Origin: Euryarchaeota archaeon UBA171
GTDB lineage: Archaea > Thermoplasmatota > Poseidoniia > Poseidoniales > Thalassarchaeaceae
DNA length: 64,000 bases
Assembly (NCBI GenBank): GCA_002497295.1
Contig: DANO01000018.1
Coordinates: forward strand, 11,909-75,908
Reading direction: 5' to 3'
Both the position numbers and the translations under genes were made by a program. The notes below the pieces were generated by a model. That model saw nothing but the letters and a program-made list of their open reading frames with translations. It searched no databases and was not told the origin of the DNA. Positions 63,180-64,000 of the stretch are shown here, one piece after another. Numbering within the stretch: position 1 is the stretch's first letter; every line of letters begins with the position of its first letter.

Positions 63180-64000
63180 ATGGCAAGGCCAAATGGCGCA
63201 GCACCCCTGACAGTGCTCTTCTTAGTGGTCTTGATTGATATGATGGGATTCACTCTCGTGATTCCCTTTCTGACTTACTTTGTACAGGATCTGGCGACAG
63301 GTGACGGATTTTCTGACATAGGTGCCCGTGATAGGTGGGTTGGCATAGTGTTCGCTACCTATACTCTTGGACAATTCCTATTCACTCCGCTGCTCGGATC
63401 CCTCTCTGATAGGTTCGGACGACGTCCGATACTGATGTTTGGACTAGCCTCCAATACGGTTTTTCTGATTGCCTTTGGTCTTGCTTCTACACTGTGGATG
63501 GCATTGATTGCCCGCTTTCTTGCTGGAGCAGGCAACGGGAATATAGCTGTGACTAAGGCATATATCGGGGATATCAGCGACAGAGAACAGCTGCCAGGTC
63601 GAATGGGCATGATCGGAGCCGCTTTCGGACTTGGATTCATGATCGGCCCATTTCTAGGTGGGGTGCTAACAGACCCAGCAGAGGTATTCGGCGGACCGTT
63701 TGCAACTGATTGGTGGGCCGCCCATCCATATTTCCTGCCTTGTCTATTCGCAGGAACCCTCTCCTTCGTCTCACTGATGCTGGCTAGTCGAATGCTTCCC
63801 GAGAGCCTCCCGGCATCGGAAAGAAAAGCCCAGGCTAAGTCAGGGGGGTTACGTGAAGTCCTCTCAAATTTGATTGGCGTAAGGGACCTTTCACCTGCTG
63901 TTAGAATTCTGATTCTAGTGAACGCCTCTTTCCTAATGGCAATAACGATGATGCACGCCACTCTGATTCTATTCACGGCGATGCCAGTAGATAACGGAGG
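63180..64000 (+). CDS. MFS transporter (drug:H+ antiporter/TCR-like), 3'-truncated at window edge; absent from supplied ORF track
   Basis: Hand translation from ATG 63180 is open to nt 64000: MARPNGAAPLTVLFLVVLIDMMGFTLVIPFLTYF...GSLSDRFGRRPILMFGL (MFS motif A)...LAGAGNGNIAVTKAYIGDIS...GAAFGLGFMIGPFLGG. It was missed because no stop codon falls inside the window. Confidence 0.8.
   Translation, partial: MARPNGAAPLTVLFLVVLIDMMGFTLVIPFLTYFVQDLATGDGFSDIGARDRWVGIVFATYTLGQFLFTPLLGSLSDRFGRRPILMFGLASNTVFLIAFGLASTLWMALIARFLAGAGNGNIAVTKAYIGDISDREQLPGRMGMIGAAFGLGFMIGPFLGGVLTDPAEVFGGPFATDWWAAHPYFLPCLFAGTLSFVSLMLASRMLPESLPASERKAQAKSGGLREVLSNLIGVRDLSPAVRILILVNASFLMAITMMHATLILFTAMPVDNG

Noticed and set aside
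63359-63976. 205-aa minus-strand ORF near the window end
   Set aside because: The opposite strand encodes a clear MFS transporter with motif A. The minus-strand translation is low-complexity and lacks any family signature.

Overview
This is a very compact archaeal chromosomal window with about 50 protein genes and one tRNA. Coding density is well above 90 percent, and many neighbouring genes have 1-17 nt start/stop overlaps.

Archaeal hallmarks can be read directly from the translations: RadA, RNA polymerase subunit K, Hel308, membrane-bound LonB, Cgi121, Csl4, NMD3, archaeal-type AspRS, TrmI and PGI/PMI. The rest looks like an aerobic heterotroph:
- heme O and heme A synthases, CcmAB-CcmC plus a small CcmD-like ORF
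- tryptophan 2,3-dioxygenase and thiolase
- many peptidases (kexin-like S8, M3B, M29-like, M23, AstE/M14-like, rhomboid, Lon)
- three anchored surface proteins of more than 1000 aa

This combination suggests a marine planktonic euryarchaeote (Marine Group II / Poseidoniales-like), but that is inference only. I saw no rRNA, CRISPR array, transposase or integrase.

All functional calls rest on motif recognition by eye; no HMM or BLAST search could be run.

Observations most worth a second look:
1. A Csl4 exosome-cap gene runs in one frame into a CxxC-x17-CxxC zinc ribbon and a canonical RRM. It sits between a METTL5-like methyltransferase and a radical-SAM/HhH protein.
2. A tightly coupled orphan operon (formyltransferase, SDR, LLM oxidoreductase, asparaginase-II-like, HMSD-type ALDH) lies next to a 1270-aa membrane protein with more than 30 helices.
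3. A 1022-aa surface protein has an N-terminal WCGPC thioredoxin-fold module.
4. A kexin-like protease carries a 4 x 282-nt in-frame repeat.
5. A divergent promoter has two mirrored 16-nt elements, each exactly 44 nt from its start codon.

Two genes are missing from the supplied ORF track: a 57-aa CcmD-like ORF and a 3'-truncated MFS transporter.
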